From assembly GCA_963842525.1 (NCBI GenBank), contig CAWJGT010000009.1:96001-160000 (forward strand): a stretch of DNA of 64,000 nt. Direction: 5' to 3'. The notes under the pieces were generated by a model. That model had not been told where the DNA came from. It was given only the letters and a program-made list of their open reading frames with translations, and did not search any database. Source of the stretch: an uncultured Holophagales bacterium (GTDB lineage: Bacteria; Acidobacteriota; Thermoanaerobaculia; Multivoradales; UBA5704). Shown here piece after piece: positions 8,994 to 18,458 of the stretch. A program made the position numbers and the translations under genes. Position 1 is the first letter of the stretch, and each line of letters begins with the position of its first letter.

Positions 8994-9796
8994 GAGCGCA
9001 TCTCCTCGGCGGCTTGCAGGACGTGCTCGGGCTCGACGAGCTTGGCTCTGGAAGTGGCTGCGGCGGCCAGGGCGTGGTGGGCCAGGGTGTCGATTCTGCG
9101 CATGATGCCCTGGGAGGCTTCAAAGAGGGCTTCCTGGGCGGGGGCGGTGAAGAGGGGTCGATCCAGGCCGGCGATCTTGAGGCGATGTTCGAGGTAGCAG
9201 CAGGTGGTGTCTCGGTCGAAGCCGCGCAGGGTGAAGCGGATGGTGATGCGCTGAGCGAGGGCCTCCAGATGCGACAGGCGCAGGATCTGTCGCAATCCGG
9301 ATTGACCGGCCAGGAGAAAGGCAAGCCGTCCTTCTGCGTCCCATTCAAAGTTGGCGAGCAGGGGGAAGAGGGCGAGGACGTCGGGCCTGAGGTTGTGGGC
9401 TTCGTCGACGATGAGCAGGACGGTTATGTGGCGGTCTTTGACGAGGCGTTGGATCTCTTGCTGGACGAGGCGGAAGGTCATGGCGCGAGACCATTCGGGC
9501 TGGAGGCCGAGTGCAAGGGCGAGTTGGCGGCAGAAGTCGGCGGGGTTGACCAGGGTGTCGTGCAGGTACACAGCGCGCACCTGGTCGGGGTGGAGATCGT
9601 CGCGCAGTCGCCTCAGGGCGGTGGTTTTGCCGCTGCCCGGCTCGCCGGTGAGCAGGCCGATGGCCCTGGAGTCGACCAGGTAGCGCAGACGGCTGTGGAG
9701 CTCTTCGAGCCCCTGAGGCCGAAACAGAGAGTCGGCGGTGAGGGGGCCGTGGAAGGGCGGCCGGGTGAAGCCGAAGGCGGTGGTATAGAGGTTCAC
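8990..9796 (-). CDS. ExeA/TniB-like AAA ATPase (transposition helper)
   Basis: Walker A GEPGSGKT, Walker B LIVDEAHNL, LAGQ, ALAQRI; GTG start overlaps the transposase stop. Confidence 0.9.
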   Translation of the reverse strand: MNLYTTAFGFTRPPFHGPLTADSLFRPQGLEELHSRLRYLVDSRAIGLLTGEPGSGKTTALRRLRDDLHPDQVRAVYLHDTLVNPADFCRQLALALGLQPEWSRAMTFRLVQQEIQRLVKDRHITVLLIVDEAHNLRPDVLALFPLLANFEWDAEGRLAFLLAGQSGLRQILRLSHLEALAQRITIRFTLRGFDRDTTCCYLEHRLKIAGLDRPLFTAPAQEALFEASQGIMRRIDTLAHHALAAAATSRAKLVEPEHVLQAAEEMRS

Positions 9797-11121
9797 TGGG
9801 GCTCCCCCTGATAGAACTTCTTGGCGATGAGCTCGAGGTAGCTGATGCCGGTGGTGGGCGCTTCTCTGGCCGGCTCGCTGTTTCTTTCGAGTCGGCGCAG
9901 GGTGGCGTTGGTGGCGAGGTCGAGCCGGCGCAGAGGCAGCTCGGCGCTCTGGCCTTTGCGGCAAAAGTGGACGGGCCGGGCGGGGTCATAGGGATCGTAG
10001 AGGACGTCGACGGTCTCACCGGCATAGCCATCGGGAGCCTCATAGAGACGGCCGTCGAGGTGGACGGTGCGGTCGCGGCCGACCCGGCGGGTGACCTTCA
10101 TGCGCAGCCAGGCCTCCAGGTGCTCGGGGGCCGGGCGGATCAGGGCCTGGTCCTTCAGAAAGCGGTCCAGAGGCGTTTGCCCGTCCAGGCCGCCGTGGGC
10201 AGTCTGGTGATACTCGCCCTCCAGCCAGGCCCAGAAGACGCGGTTGAGCTGGGCCAGATCGGCGAGGACCTCGCTGGTGAGGTGGGGGACAAAGGCGGTG
10301 CGGACGTGGCGGAAGAAGCGCTCGATCTTGCCGCGACCGCGCGGCTTGTGGGGCCGGGAGTGGACCAGGGAGATGTTCAGCGTGGCGCAGATGACCTGCA
10401 GGTGGTGGGTGCGGAAGGTGGCGCCGTTGTCGCAGTAGAGCCGTCGCGGCAGGCCGCGGCGCAGCAGAGCCTGCTTCAGAGCGTCCTGGAAGCAGGCGGC
10501 GTTTTCGGCCAGGTAGAAGGCGGCAAACGGCACCATGCGCGAGGCGTCATCGAGGAAGGCGTAGAGGTAGGTCTTGCCGCCGTCCTTGCGCCCCGGCACC
10601 AGCAGGCGGGGCCCGTGCATCAGGTCGGAGGTCCACAGGTCGTTGACATGCGGAAAGGTGAAAGCCAAAGCGTCCGGCTCGGCGCTGGACCCTTGGCGGG
10701 CCGGCACCGCCTGGGCGGCGAAGAAGCGGTGCACGCTGCTGCGCGACAGCCGCAGATTGGGCGCAAAGCGGCCGCACAGATGCACGGCGCGGATCAGGCT
10801 GTCGAGCGAAGCACCGGGCCGCTCGGCCCGCAGCGCCAGCAGCAGATCCTGCACCTCCTCCGGGATCGCCCGCGAGCGCCCGGCATCGGTACGCGGGCCC
10901 GGCTTGAGCCCCTCAAACCCATGGATCTGGTACAGCTCGAGCCAATCTCGCACCGTCGAACGGCCGACGTGGCTGCGCGCGCTGCCCGGGATCGTCCACG
11001 TCTTTTCCGCGATCGCACACAACAGCTTCTCTTTTTCGCGTGGCGCCAACGGCCGGCTGATCAGCTCGGCAATGACGCTGTGGCGAAACAACGCAATCTG
11101 CTCTCTTTGGCTCTCATCCAT
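9793..11121 (-). CDS. DDE integrase/transposase (rve core with Mu-like C-terminus)
   Basis: LWTSDLMHG, LDDASR, LYCDNG, GRGKIERFF, EYHQTAHGGLDGQTP. Confidence 0.93.
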   Translation of the reverse strand: MDESQREQIALFRHSVIAELISRPLAPREKEKLLCAIAEKTWTIPGSARSHVGRSTVRDWLELYQIHGFEGLKPGPRTDAGRSRAIPEEVQDLLLALRAERPGASLDSLIRAVHLCGRFAPNLRLSRSSVHRFFAAQAVPARQGSSAEPDALAFTFPHVNDLWTSDLMHGPRLLVPGRKDGGKTYLYAFLDDASRMVPFAAFYLAENAACFQDALKQALLRRGLPRRLYCDNGATFRTHHLQVICATLNISLVHSRPHKPRGRGKIERFFRHVRTAFVPHLTSEVLADLAQLNRVFWAWLEGEYHQTAHGGLDGQTPLDRFLKDQALIRPAPEHLEAWLRMKVTRRVGRDRTVHLDGRLYEAPDGYAGETVDVLYDPYDPARPVHFCRKGQSAELPLRRLDLATNATLRRLERNSEPAREAPTTGISYLELIAKKFYQGEPQ

Positions 11122-11212
11122 CGCACGAAGTCTCCGCAATCGGGCTCTGGGACCATCCCACAGCCCCCGCCAGTAGCTTCGTGGCAGAACCCTGCGATGG
11201 GTAGTTACCAAC

Positions 11213-11776
11213 CTATGGAGAGGCCTCCCCTGACCGCCAGGACGGCCGGCCGTGGCGGAACAGTCCGCTCACTCCGCCGAAAAAGCAGCCCCAGGACGAC
11301 CACAGAAAGTGCCGCAGCCGCGTCAACCAACCCGCCGCCTGGCCCACCACCTCCTGCGCCCCCCGCCACCACGGAGCCGGCACTGGCCCCAGCAGCGCCT
11401 GCAGCTTGGCGGCAAAGGGCTCGTGCGCGCTGCGCAGCCAACCCCGCACCCGCCGCACCCCCGAACTGCCGCACTGCCCTGAAACCTCGGCGCCTTCGCT
11501 CGGACTCCCCGCAGCCAGACCCGCCTCCACGGCCGCCAAGGTCAAATCGCGATAGGCGCACACGTCCTCCGGCAACACCGCATGGCTGACCCTGCAACGC
11601 GGGCACCGCACCCGCCGCAAGGCCTGAAGCACTCCTGCGAGGAAGCGCTTGTAGGAGCCGTGGCCCCGCAGACGGGTCCTCTGACAATCCGGATCCGGGC
11701 AGCTCAGCTCGGGAACCGCCCCGCCGTCCATCTGCTCTCGATACTGCTTGCAGCCCACGCCCTTCAGACTTAACAT
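11213..11776 (-). CDS. DUF6431-like Zn-finger/HTH protein of the transposon
   Basis: CPDPDC..RLRGHGSYKR..RVRCPRCRVSHAVLP. Confidence 0.75.
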   Translation of the reverse strand: MLSLKGVGCKQYREQMDGGAVPELSCPDPDCQRTRLRGHGSYKRFLAGVLQALRRVRCPRCRVSHAVLPEDVCAYRDLTLAAVEAGLAAGSPSEGAEVSGQCGSSGVRRVRGWLRSAHEPFAAKLQALLGPVPAPWWRGAQEVVGQAAGWLTRLRHFLWSSWGCFFGGVSGLFRHGRPSWRSGEASP

Positions 11777-11980
11777 GGCCTCCTCTCGGAAGCCCGTCGG
11801 GTCATCCCCGGTCCGCCAAAAGACACAAGGAGAGCCCGGCGGGCTTCGCTTGCCTTGCCCGACCTCTCCACAGGCAAAATCGTCCCGCACTCCTGCGCCG
11901 ACGAATCTACCTGACCACGCTGAAAACTGGGAAAAACTCAGGCGGCGGTCACGAAATAAGGCGGGCGTCTACACCAGATA

Positions 11981-12316
11981 AGCTTATCCACCGCGACATA
12001 AGCTTATCCGGCGCGGATAGCCTTATCCGCCGCGACATAAGCGTATCCACCGCAAGATAAGCTAATCCACCGCGACTTAAGCTTAGCTGCGGTGGATATC
12101 CTTATCCACCGCGACTTAAGCTTATCCACCGCGAGTTAAGCTTATCTGCCGCGCCTAAGGATATCCACCGCGAGATAGCCTTATCCACCGCAAGATAAGG
12201 ATCTCCGCCGCGACTTAAGCTTATTCACGGCGCCTAAGCTTGTCCACCGCGACGTAAGGATATCCACCGCAAGATAAGCTTATCTGCCGCGGCGTAAGCT
12301 TATTCACCGCAACTTG
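11981..12316. repeat. Tandem array of 17 units of 19-20 bp, consensus AGCTTATCCACCGCGACATA
   Basis: Units counted by hand; 19-bp variants at units 2, 6, 9 and 13; junctions often form TAAGCTTA. Confidence 0.93.
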
Positions 12317-12458
12317 GGCCGATCCGGCTCTTCTTGTGGTATTCTGCCGCAAGCCTGGCCCTTCACCGCAACCTGGACCGCGGCGGCAGACCGGCGGCGA
12401 CGTCGCGGCAGCGATGGCCGTCTGGCGCAGCTTGGGGTCCGCTCTGCTGGAGAATGGA

Positions 12459-12962
12459 ATGAGCGCGAAGGTATCGATCGAGGAGGTGTTGGCGAATCTG
12501 GAGCAGCGTGCGGCCTTCCACCGCGAGCAGGAGGCGTTGCACGCGCAGCAGGAGGCCCATCACCGGGAGCAGCGCGCGGCCCACGCGGCCGAGCTCGCGG
12601 CAGTGCAGCAGAGTCTGGAAGCCTTCCGGACGGCGGCCGAGACGGCGGTGGGCCTCGCCCGGCCGGTCGTGGCGCCCCCTGTCCCGGCCGTTGTCGAAGA
12701 GGAGGAGCTTCCACCTCCGGGTCGTCTGAGGGTCAGCCAACTGATCCGGCGGGTCGTCGCGAGCCCGGACCTGCAAGACCCCTTCGGCCCGAGCGCCGTG
12801 GCCGAGGAATTCAACCGCCGCTATGGGCAGCGCCTGGGACAGGACATCGGCCCTCGGACCGCCTCGGACGTCCTGCGCCGGATGCTCGCCGAAGGCAGGA
12901 TCCGGTTGGCCCAGAAGGGCAAGGCGGTCCGCGAGGCGATGTACACCCGAAGGCCGGGCTGA
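12459..12962 (+). CDS. Hypothetical protein: coiled coil plus C-terminal winged-helix-like region
   Basis: MSAKVSIEEVLANLEQR..; PFGPSAVAEEFNRRY..ASDVLRRM. Confidence 0.65.
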   Translation: MSAKVSIEEVLANLEQRAAFHREQEALHAQQEAHHREQRAAHAAELAAVQQSLEAFRTAAETAVGLARPVVAPPVPAVVEEEELPPPGRLRVSQLIRRVVASPDLQDPFGPSAVAEEFNRRYGQRLGQDIGPRTASDVLRRMLAEGRIRLAQKGKAVREAMYTRRPG

Positions 12963-12990
12963 CGCGGGGGGACTGCGATAAAGTGGTCGC

Positions 12991-13740
12991 ATGTCCGGCG
13001 AGCCCCTCCAGGTCTCCCGCGAAGGCCCCGCCTTTGTGGTCCGCCTTCACCGCCCGCAGGCGCGCAATGCGGTGGACCGGCGGACGGCCCAGGCTCTTGG
13101 AGAGGCCTGGGATGCCTTCGAACGGGATGGCGAGGCGCGGGTCGGCATCCTGACCGGCGGCGCCGAGGTCTTCTGCGCCGGGGCCGACCTGAAGGACCTC
13201 GACGGGCAGGCTCCGCAGGTGACGGGTGAGGACGGGCCTCTCGGCTTCACCCGCAGGCTCGCCACCAAGCCGACCCTCGCGGCCATCGCCGGCTGGTGCG
13301 TGGCGGGTGGGCTCGAGCTGGCCCTCTGGTGCGACCTGCGGATCGCGGACGAGACCGCGGTCTTCGGCTGCCTCGAACGCCGCTATGGCGTGCCGCTGGT
13401 CGACGGTGGCACCCAGCGCCTGCCGCGCATCGTCGGCCTCGGCCGCGCCCTGGACCTGATCCTCACCGGCCGCCGGGTGGAGCCCGCCGAGGCCCTGGCG
13501 ATGGGGCTGGTCAACGAGGTCGTGCCGCAGGGCCGCAGCCTGGACCGCGCCCTGGAGCTGTCCCTCACACTGGCCGCCTTTCCCCAGATCTGCCTGAACA
13601 GCGACCGCCAGGCCGTCTACGCGGGCCTCGGCGTGCCGCTCGCCGAGGGGCTGCGGATCGAGGCCCGCCATGGCGCCGAGGTGATGGCGAGCGGCGAGCC
13701 GGCCACGGGCGTGCAGGCTTTCAGGGAGGGGAAGCGATGA
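12991..13740 (+). CDS. Enoyl-CoA hydratase/crotonase family protein
   Basis: FCAGADLK, AGGLELALWCDLR, GVPLVDGGTQRLPR. Confidence 0.93.
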   Translation: MSGEPLQVSREGPAFVVRLHRPQARNAVDRRTAQALGEAWDAFERDGEARVGILTGGAEVFCAGADLKDLDGQAPQVTGEDGPLGFTRRLATKPTLAAIAGWCVAGGLELALWCDLRIADETAVFGCLERRYGVPLVDGGTQRLPRIVGLGRALDLILTGRRVEPAEALAMGLVNEVVPQGRSLDRALELSLTLAAFPQICLNSDRQAVYAGLGVPLAEGLRIEARHGAEVMASGEPATGVQAFREGKR

Positions 13741-14540
13741 GCGCGTTCCGGGACAACGTCGTGGTTCTGACCGGTGCTTCACGCGGGATCGGCCGCGAGC
13801 TGGCCTTGCAACTTGCCGATCAGGGCGCCCGGCTGGCCCTGTCGGCGCGGGACGTCGGTGCCCTCGAGGAAGTGGCGGAGGCGTGCCGCCGGCGCGGCGG
13901 CCAGGCAGTGGCGATCCCGGCCGACGTGGCGGAGGAGGCGCAATGCGCGGACCTGATCGCGCGGAGCGTCGAGGCCTTCGGCCGCATCGACACGCTGATC
14001 AACAACGCGGGGATCAGCATGTGGGCGCTCTTCGACCAGGTGACCGACCTCTCGATTTTCGAGCGGATCATGACGGTCAACTATCTCGGCAGCGTCTGGT
14101 GCACCTGGCACGCGCTGCCGCATCTCAAGAAGGCGCGCGGCCGGCTGGTCGCCGTCTCCAGCATGACAGGCAAGACAGGCGTCCCGACGCGCAGCGGCTA
14201 TGCCGCGAGCAAGCACGCCATGGTGGGCTTTTTCGACACGTTGCGTATCGAGCTGGCCGGGAGCGGTGTCACCGTGACCGTGGCCTGTCCCGACTTCGTG
14301 GCCACCGAGATCCGCGAGCGCGCCTTCGGTCCCGACGGCAAGCCGCTGGAGAAGAGCCCTGTCCAGGAGGGCAGGATCATGACCGCCGAGACCTGCGCCC
14401 GCCTCATCCTCCAGGGCGCCGCCCGCCGTGAGCGCGAGCTGATCCTCTCCGGCCGCGGCAAGCTCGGCCTCTGGCTCAAGCTCCTCGCTCCTTCCTTCCT
14501 CGACAACTTCGCGAGGAAGGCGATCGAAAGGGGGCGGTGA
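13737..14540 (+). CDS. Short-chain dehydrogenase/reductase
   Basis: TGASRGIG, NNAG, YAASK. Confidence 0.93.
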   Translation: MSAFRDNVVVLTGASRGIGRELALQLADQGARLALSARDVGALEEVAEACRRRGGQAVAIPADVAEEAQCADLIARSVEAFGRIDTLINNAGISMWALFDQVTDLSIFERIMTVNYLGSVWCTWHALPHLKKARGRLVAVSSMTGKTGVPTRSGYAASKHAMVGFFDTLRIELAGSGVTVTVACPDFVATEIRERAFGPDGKPLEKSPVQEGRIMTAETCARLILQGAARRERELILSGRGKLGLWLKLLAPSFLDNFARKAIERGR

Positions 14541-14547
14541 GCCGCGA

Positions 14548-15399
14548 TCAGTTTTGGTCTGGCGTGAGCTCGTCTGCAGAGGAGGCCAGGGCGGCCCGGC
14601 GCAACCACCGGTCCAAACGATCCAGGTCTGAACAGTGCAGGATCTCTTCCCGTTGCTCCAGACTTACGGCGACACCGCGCACTTCCAAGAGCTTGAGGAT
14701 CGACTCGGCAATGCCTTCAGCCCTGCCCTCGGCTCTGCCTTTGGCTCCTGCCGCAGCTTCAAGGTTGCGGATTGCCGGGTTGCCCTTGGCAATCAGGGCC
14801 TCCGCCACTGCGTTATCGGCCAGGGCCGCATCGAGCAAGGCCGCGACGGCCAGCGGCACGGCCAGGCAGCGGTCCTCGATGTAGGAGCCGGCCTCCAGGT
14901 GATCCCAACTCCGGCTCGCGGGGGACCACTCGCAGAGCCGCGGCCTCTTGACGAAGACCGAGAAGATCCGGCGCACCCCACGCCGGTGCATCTCCACGGC
15001 CTTCTCCGTCACATCCCCAAGGCTCTGCCCGGAGACCACCTCAAAGGCGATCTCCTCCAGGTAGCGTCCGCCGGTCGCTGGATCTACGCCTCGTTTGTAC
15101 ACACAGGCATCGCTGGCAAAGTCCGACTTTTCCCCGTGCCGGGTCAGAAGGTCGACGGCTGCAATGTACCCTGGGTTCACGTGAGCCCGCAGCACATAGG
15201 AAAGGTCGCTGTGCTGGGTTGCATGGGGCGACTCCGCCGGCCAGGCCACGACCCGGCGGCCGACGACGATCTCGTCCCGCGTGATCTCGGGTACGACCAG
15301 ATGATCGTCGACCCGCGGGAAACCACGGCCCGGCAGATGCAGCGAAGTGCCCGCGGCCCCGGGCGCTCTGAGACTGTAGCCTGAGCGTTTTTCGTCCAT
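14548..15399 (-). CDS. Uma2/DUF820-like restriction-fold protein with C-terminal DUF4351-like tail
   Basis: FASDACVY, LEEIAFEVVS, GRAEGRAEG..LDRLDRWLRRA. Confidence 0.75.
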   Translation of the reverse strand: MDEKRSGYSLRAPGAAGTSLHLPGRGFPRVDDHLVVPEITRDEIVVGRRVVAWPAESPHATQHSDLSYVLRAHVNPGYIAAVDLLTRHGEKSDFASDACVYKRGVDPATGGRYLEEIAFEVVSGQSLGDVTEKAVEMHRRGVRRIFSVFVKRPRLCEWSPASRSWDHLEAGSYIEDRCLAVPLAVAALLDAALADNAVAEALIAKGNPAIRNLEAAAGAKGRAEGRAEGIAESILKLLEVRGVAVSLEQREEILHCSDLDRLDRWLRRAALASSADELTPDQN

Positions 15400-15514
15400 C
15401 GCCGATATCATACCAGAGGATCGCGTTGCGGGTCGAGGAAAACTCACGGGCGCCCCGTCCACCGAACGCCTGTCCCTGTTTCCGGGGCGCCCGACCCTCG
15501 CGAGCCAACCTACG

Positions 15515-16198
15515 TCAGCTCCGTGCCTCCTCCTTCTCGAACAGCTCCAGCGAGCCCAGGAAGCCCACCGCGGCGTTCAGGTTGTAGCCGGCAAGGTCCC
15601 GCATGAGGCTCTGTACGAAGGGTGAGCGGTCCATCCGGTCCGCATAGCGCCGCGAGATCCAGAGCGCCAACGGGATCACCGCCAGTCCGAAGAGCACATT
15701 GGCGACCAGCCACCCGCTGCTGAAGATGGCGTAGGCATCCAGGCCGAGCAGGCCCTTCAGGCTCACGACCAACAGCGGCACCCACAGCAGCGGCGCGAAC
15801 AGGAACGTCAGTTGGGTGGCCCGAATCCGCTGGATGCGGAGCGACCCCAGCCTCTTCTGGATCTCCACGATCGGTGCGCTGTAGTCGAGGCTTCGGATGG
15901 CGAACAACTGGTAGCCACCGTCGATCATGAGAAGGATCACGCTCAGATGGAGAACCACCGAGGGGATCAGGAAGCGTGCTTCTGCGACATGGTCTGCGCC
16001 GAAAGAGCCCAGCAGGATGGCGAGCCCGAGGCCGAGGAGCAGCTCGATCCACAGCAGGACGGACAGCCGTCCCAGGGCGGTTTCGGCCTTGTTCAGAACG
16101 GGCATCTGCAGAAGGCGGGTGTTCAACCGGATGCTGGCGTCCAGCTTCCTGTCCTGGGCTTCCCAGAGCTGTTTCATATCGTCGAGGTTCATTTTCAT
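15515..16198 (-). CDS. Membrane protein downstream of ECF sigma (putative anti-sigma partner)
   Basis: MNLDDMKQLW start, four TM segments, co-oriented with the sigma factor. Confidence 0.7.
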   Translation of the reverse strand: MKMNLDDMKQLWEAQDRKLDASIRLNTRLLQMPVLNKAETALGRLSVLLWIELLLGLGLAILLGSFGADHVAEARFLIPSVVLHLSVILLMIDGGYQLFAIRSLDYSAPIVEIQKRLGSLRIQRIRATQLTFLFAPLLWVPLLVVSLKGLLGLDAYAIFSSGWLVANVLFGLAVIPLALWISRRYADRMDRSPFVQSLMRDLAGYNLNAAVGFLGSLELFEKEEARS

Positions 16199-16210
16199 AT
16201 CTCCTGTTTT

Positions 16211-16717
16211 TCAAGCTGTTTGTGCGAAGTCGCGCCGGAGCCTTTGCTTGATCCGACTGATCTTGGTGCCGACGTTGGTCTCCGAGATTCCGAGGATCTC
16301 GGCGATGGTGTCGTAGCGGTTGCCATCCAGGTAGAGGATGATCAGCGCCCTGTCGAGCTCGTCGAGCTGTCCGATGAACTGTTGCAAGAGCTGGAGGTTG
16401 TCGTCCGGTTCCGCGGGCTCGGGACCCGCCGCGATTTCGAGGATGGAGTCCTCGGCCGGTACGGTGTTGCGCGATCGCCGGGCTTCGCTGCGGTAGAAGG
16501 AGATGGCGATGTTCAGGGCGATCCGGTACATCCAGGTGGAGAACCGGTAGCCGTCGTCGTAGCGGTCGAAGGACCGCCAGAGCTGAACGACGATCTCCTG
16601 CACCAGGTCCGGCCGGTCGGCCGGGTTCCTGCAGTAGGAGCTCGCCACCTTGTAGAGGATCTTCTTGTGCTCGTCGAGCAGGATCAGGAATCTGTCCTGC
16701 TGTGTTGGTTTCGGCAT
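16211..16717 (-). CDS. ECF RNA polymerase sigma factor
   Basis: DLVQEIVVQLWRS, FSTWMYRIALN, IAEILGISETNVGTKISR. Confidence 0.93.
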   Translation of the reverse strand: MPKPTQQDRFLILLDEHKKILYKVASSYCRNPADRPDLVQEIVVQLWRSFDRYDDGYRFSTWMYRIALNIAISFYRSEARRSRNTVPAEDSILEIAAGPEPAEPDDNLQLLQQFIGQLDELDRALIILYLDGNRYDTIAEILGISETNVGTKISRIKQRLRRDFAQTA

Positions 16718-16820
16718 GGGTTTTTTCCTTTGGCTCGCGGCGCTCCAGGGTGCCGCCTACACCCTATGATTCGCACCGAGCCCCGGAAAATCACACCCGC
16801 CGGACAAGGCGGCGGCCGAA

Positions 16821-18458
16821 TCAGGGCCGGGTGAACAGGATGTAGCCTTCGCGGGGGTCCAGGTCTTCGGCCACCTTGCGGAGGGGCGGCAGGGGAGGCG
16901 GAACCTTCGCCAGGTCGTCCCGCTGGATGAGAATCCAGACCCGGCCCGGCCGCGCGGCGAACGCCCGCAACGCCTCGGGGCTCTCCAGGGGGACGGCGTT
17001 GCGCCGGGTATAGAAGAGGAAGGTCGAGTCGAGCCGCGGGTAGATCCCATAGACGTCTTGCGGGCCCATCTTCTCCAGCAGGAGGCGCGACATGCCGCGG
17101 GTGGATTTGTAGACGTCGAAGCGGGGGAGGAGGACGAGGGAAGCGGCGGCGAAGATCAGCGCCATTCCTGCCGCGAGGCCCGCCGCGGCGCGGCTGATGC
17201 GGCCCGAGCGCGACTGCCACCACGCGTAGAGGGCTCCGAGGAGGAGCGGCACCAGGGCGGCCGTGAGCATCGCGACGAAGCGGTCGCCGCCCAGGGGGAT
17301 TGCCTCCGGCCGGCCGCGGCCCCAGACGGCGATCCCCGCCACGAGCACCAGCGCCAGCCCGGCCAGGAGGCCGCAGGGCCAGACGACCCATCCCCGGTCC
17401 CGCGGCCACGCCGAAGCAATCCGGTCGAGGGCGGCTCCCACGAGCAGGGCCATGGCCGGGTACATGGTCAGGATGTAGACGTCCCGCTTGGCCGGCGAGA
17501 GGCTGAAGAAGACGACGGTCACCACCATCCAGCAAAGGGCGAAAAGAAAGCCCTGGCGCTCCCGCTCCCCGGTCAACCGCTTCCGGCCCACGACGATCGC
17601 CGCCGGCAGGAGGAACGACCAGGGGAAGAACCCGTGCGGGATGGCCGCCAGGTAGTGGTACCAGGGCGCGAAGTGGTGCCAGGGGTCGGCATAGCGGGTG
17701 ACGTTCTGTTTGAGGACGATCTGCCGCAGGTAGTCCTCTCCTCCCCTGATCCCGGCCGGGACCAGCCAGGCGAGCACCACCAGAGCCCAGACGAGCAGGC
17801 CCCGGCCCAGGCCCAGCCTCTTCATCTCCGTCCAATCCCTTGTCAGGGCCAGGAAGGCGAGGATGGACAGCAGCGGCGGCAGGAGGCCCACGGGGCCCTT
17901 GGCCAGGGTGGCGAGCCCGGCGAAGAAAAAGAAAAGGAGATAGAGGCGCGGCCGGCCTTCGGTCCACCCTCTTACCCAGAACCAGACCCCCAGGAGCACC
18001 AGGGCGGTGAGGAGCATGTCGATCTGTCCGAACCGCCCCTGCCAGAGGATCTTGAAGGAGGTTCCGAAGGCCGCGGCGGAGAGCCAGCCGGCGCGGCGGC
18101 CGAAGAACCGCTCGCCGATCCGGAAGGCCAGGAGGATGGCGCCGATCGCGGAGAGCGCCACCGGCAGGCGCGCCGCGGTCTCGTCGACGCCGCCGCGCAG
18201 CGCTCCGAAGAAGGCGATGAGCCAGAAGAGCAGCGGCGGCTTCTGGCTGTAGACCTCGCCGTTCAAGTGCGGGACGGCGAGCTCGCCGAGGAGCGTCATC
18301 TCGCGGGCCACCTCGGCATAGCGGGCCTCGTCCGGGTTCCACAGGTCGCGCCGCCCGAGCCCCGGCAGGAAGGCCAGCGCGGCGAGGAGGGTAAGGACGA
18401 GGAGGTCGCGCCGGAGGTCTCGCCGGTCGTCTTGCCGTAGCGGCCGGGGCTCGCTCAC
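16821..18458 (-). CDS. ArnT/PMT-like glycosyltransferase (GT39/GT83)
   Basis: LWNPDEARYAEVAREM, KPPLLFWL, LAKGPVG; many TM segments. Confidence 0.88.
   Translation of the reverse strand: MSEPRPLRQDDRRDLRRDLLVLTLLAALAFLPGLGRRDLWNPDEARYAEVAREMTLLGELAVPHLNGEVYSQKPPLLFWLIAFFGALRGGVDETAARLPVALSAIGAILLAFRIGERFFGRRAGWLSAAAFGTSFKILWQGRFGQIDMLLTALVLLGVWFWVRGWTEGRPRLYLLFFFFAGLATLAKGPVGLLPPLLSILAFLALTRDWTEMKRLGLGRGLLVWALVVLAWLVPAGIRGGEDYLRQIVLKQNVTRYADPWHHFAPWYHYLAAIPHGFFPWSFLLPAAIVVGRKRLTGERERQGFLFALCWMVVTVVFFSLSPAKRDVYILTMYPAMALLVGAALDRIASAWPRDRGWVVWPCGLLAGLALVLVAGIAVWGRGRPEAIPLGGDRFVAMLTAALVPLLLGALYAWWQSRSGRISRAAAGLAAGMALIFAAASLVLLPRFDVYKSTRGMSRLLLEKMGPQDVYGIYPRLDSTFLFYTRRNAVPLESPEALRAFAARPGRVWILIQRDDLAKVPPPLPPLRKVAEDLDPREGYILFTRP

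Larger units (their letters stand above)
8599..11973 (-). mobile_element. Complete Mu/Tn552-like DDE transposon, 3375 bp, four ORFs
   Basis: Ends TGTCGAGTCCCGCGTAATTCCGTGGCCACC and (reverse complement) TGTAGACGCCCGCCTTATTTCGTGACCGCC match at 22/30; 5-bp TSD CCAGA at 8594-8598 and 11974-11978. Confidence 0.92.

Noticed and set aside
8990-9796. Type II secretion ExeA
   Set aside because: It lies inside transposon TIRs, is coupled to the transposase, and no T2SS genes are present
11981-12316. CRISPR array
   Set aside because: Units are contiguous with no unique spacers, and no cas genes are in the window
11981-12316. Chromosomal oriC
   Set aside because: Boxes are TTATCCACC rather than TTATCCACA; no AT-rich unwinding element or dnaA/dnaN is nearby. 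Kept only as a binding-array hypothesis.
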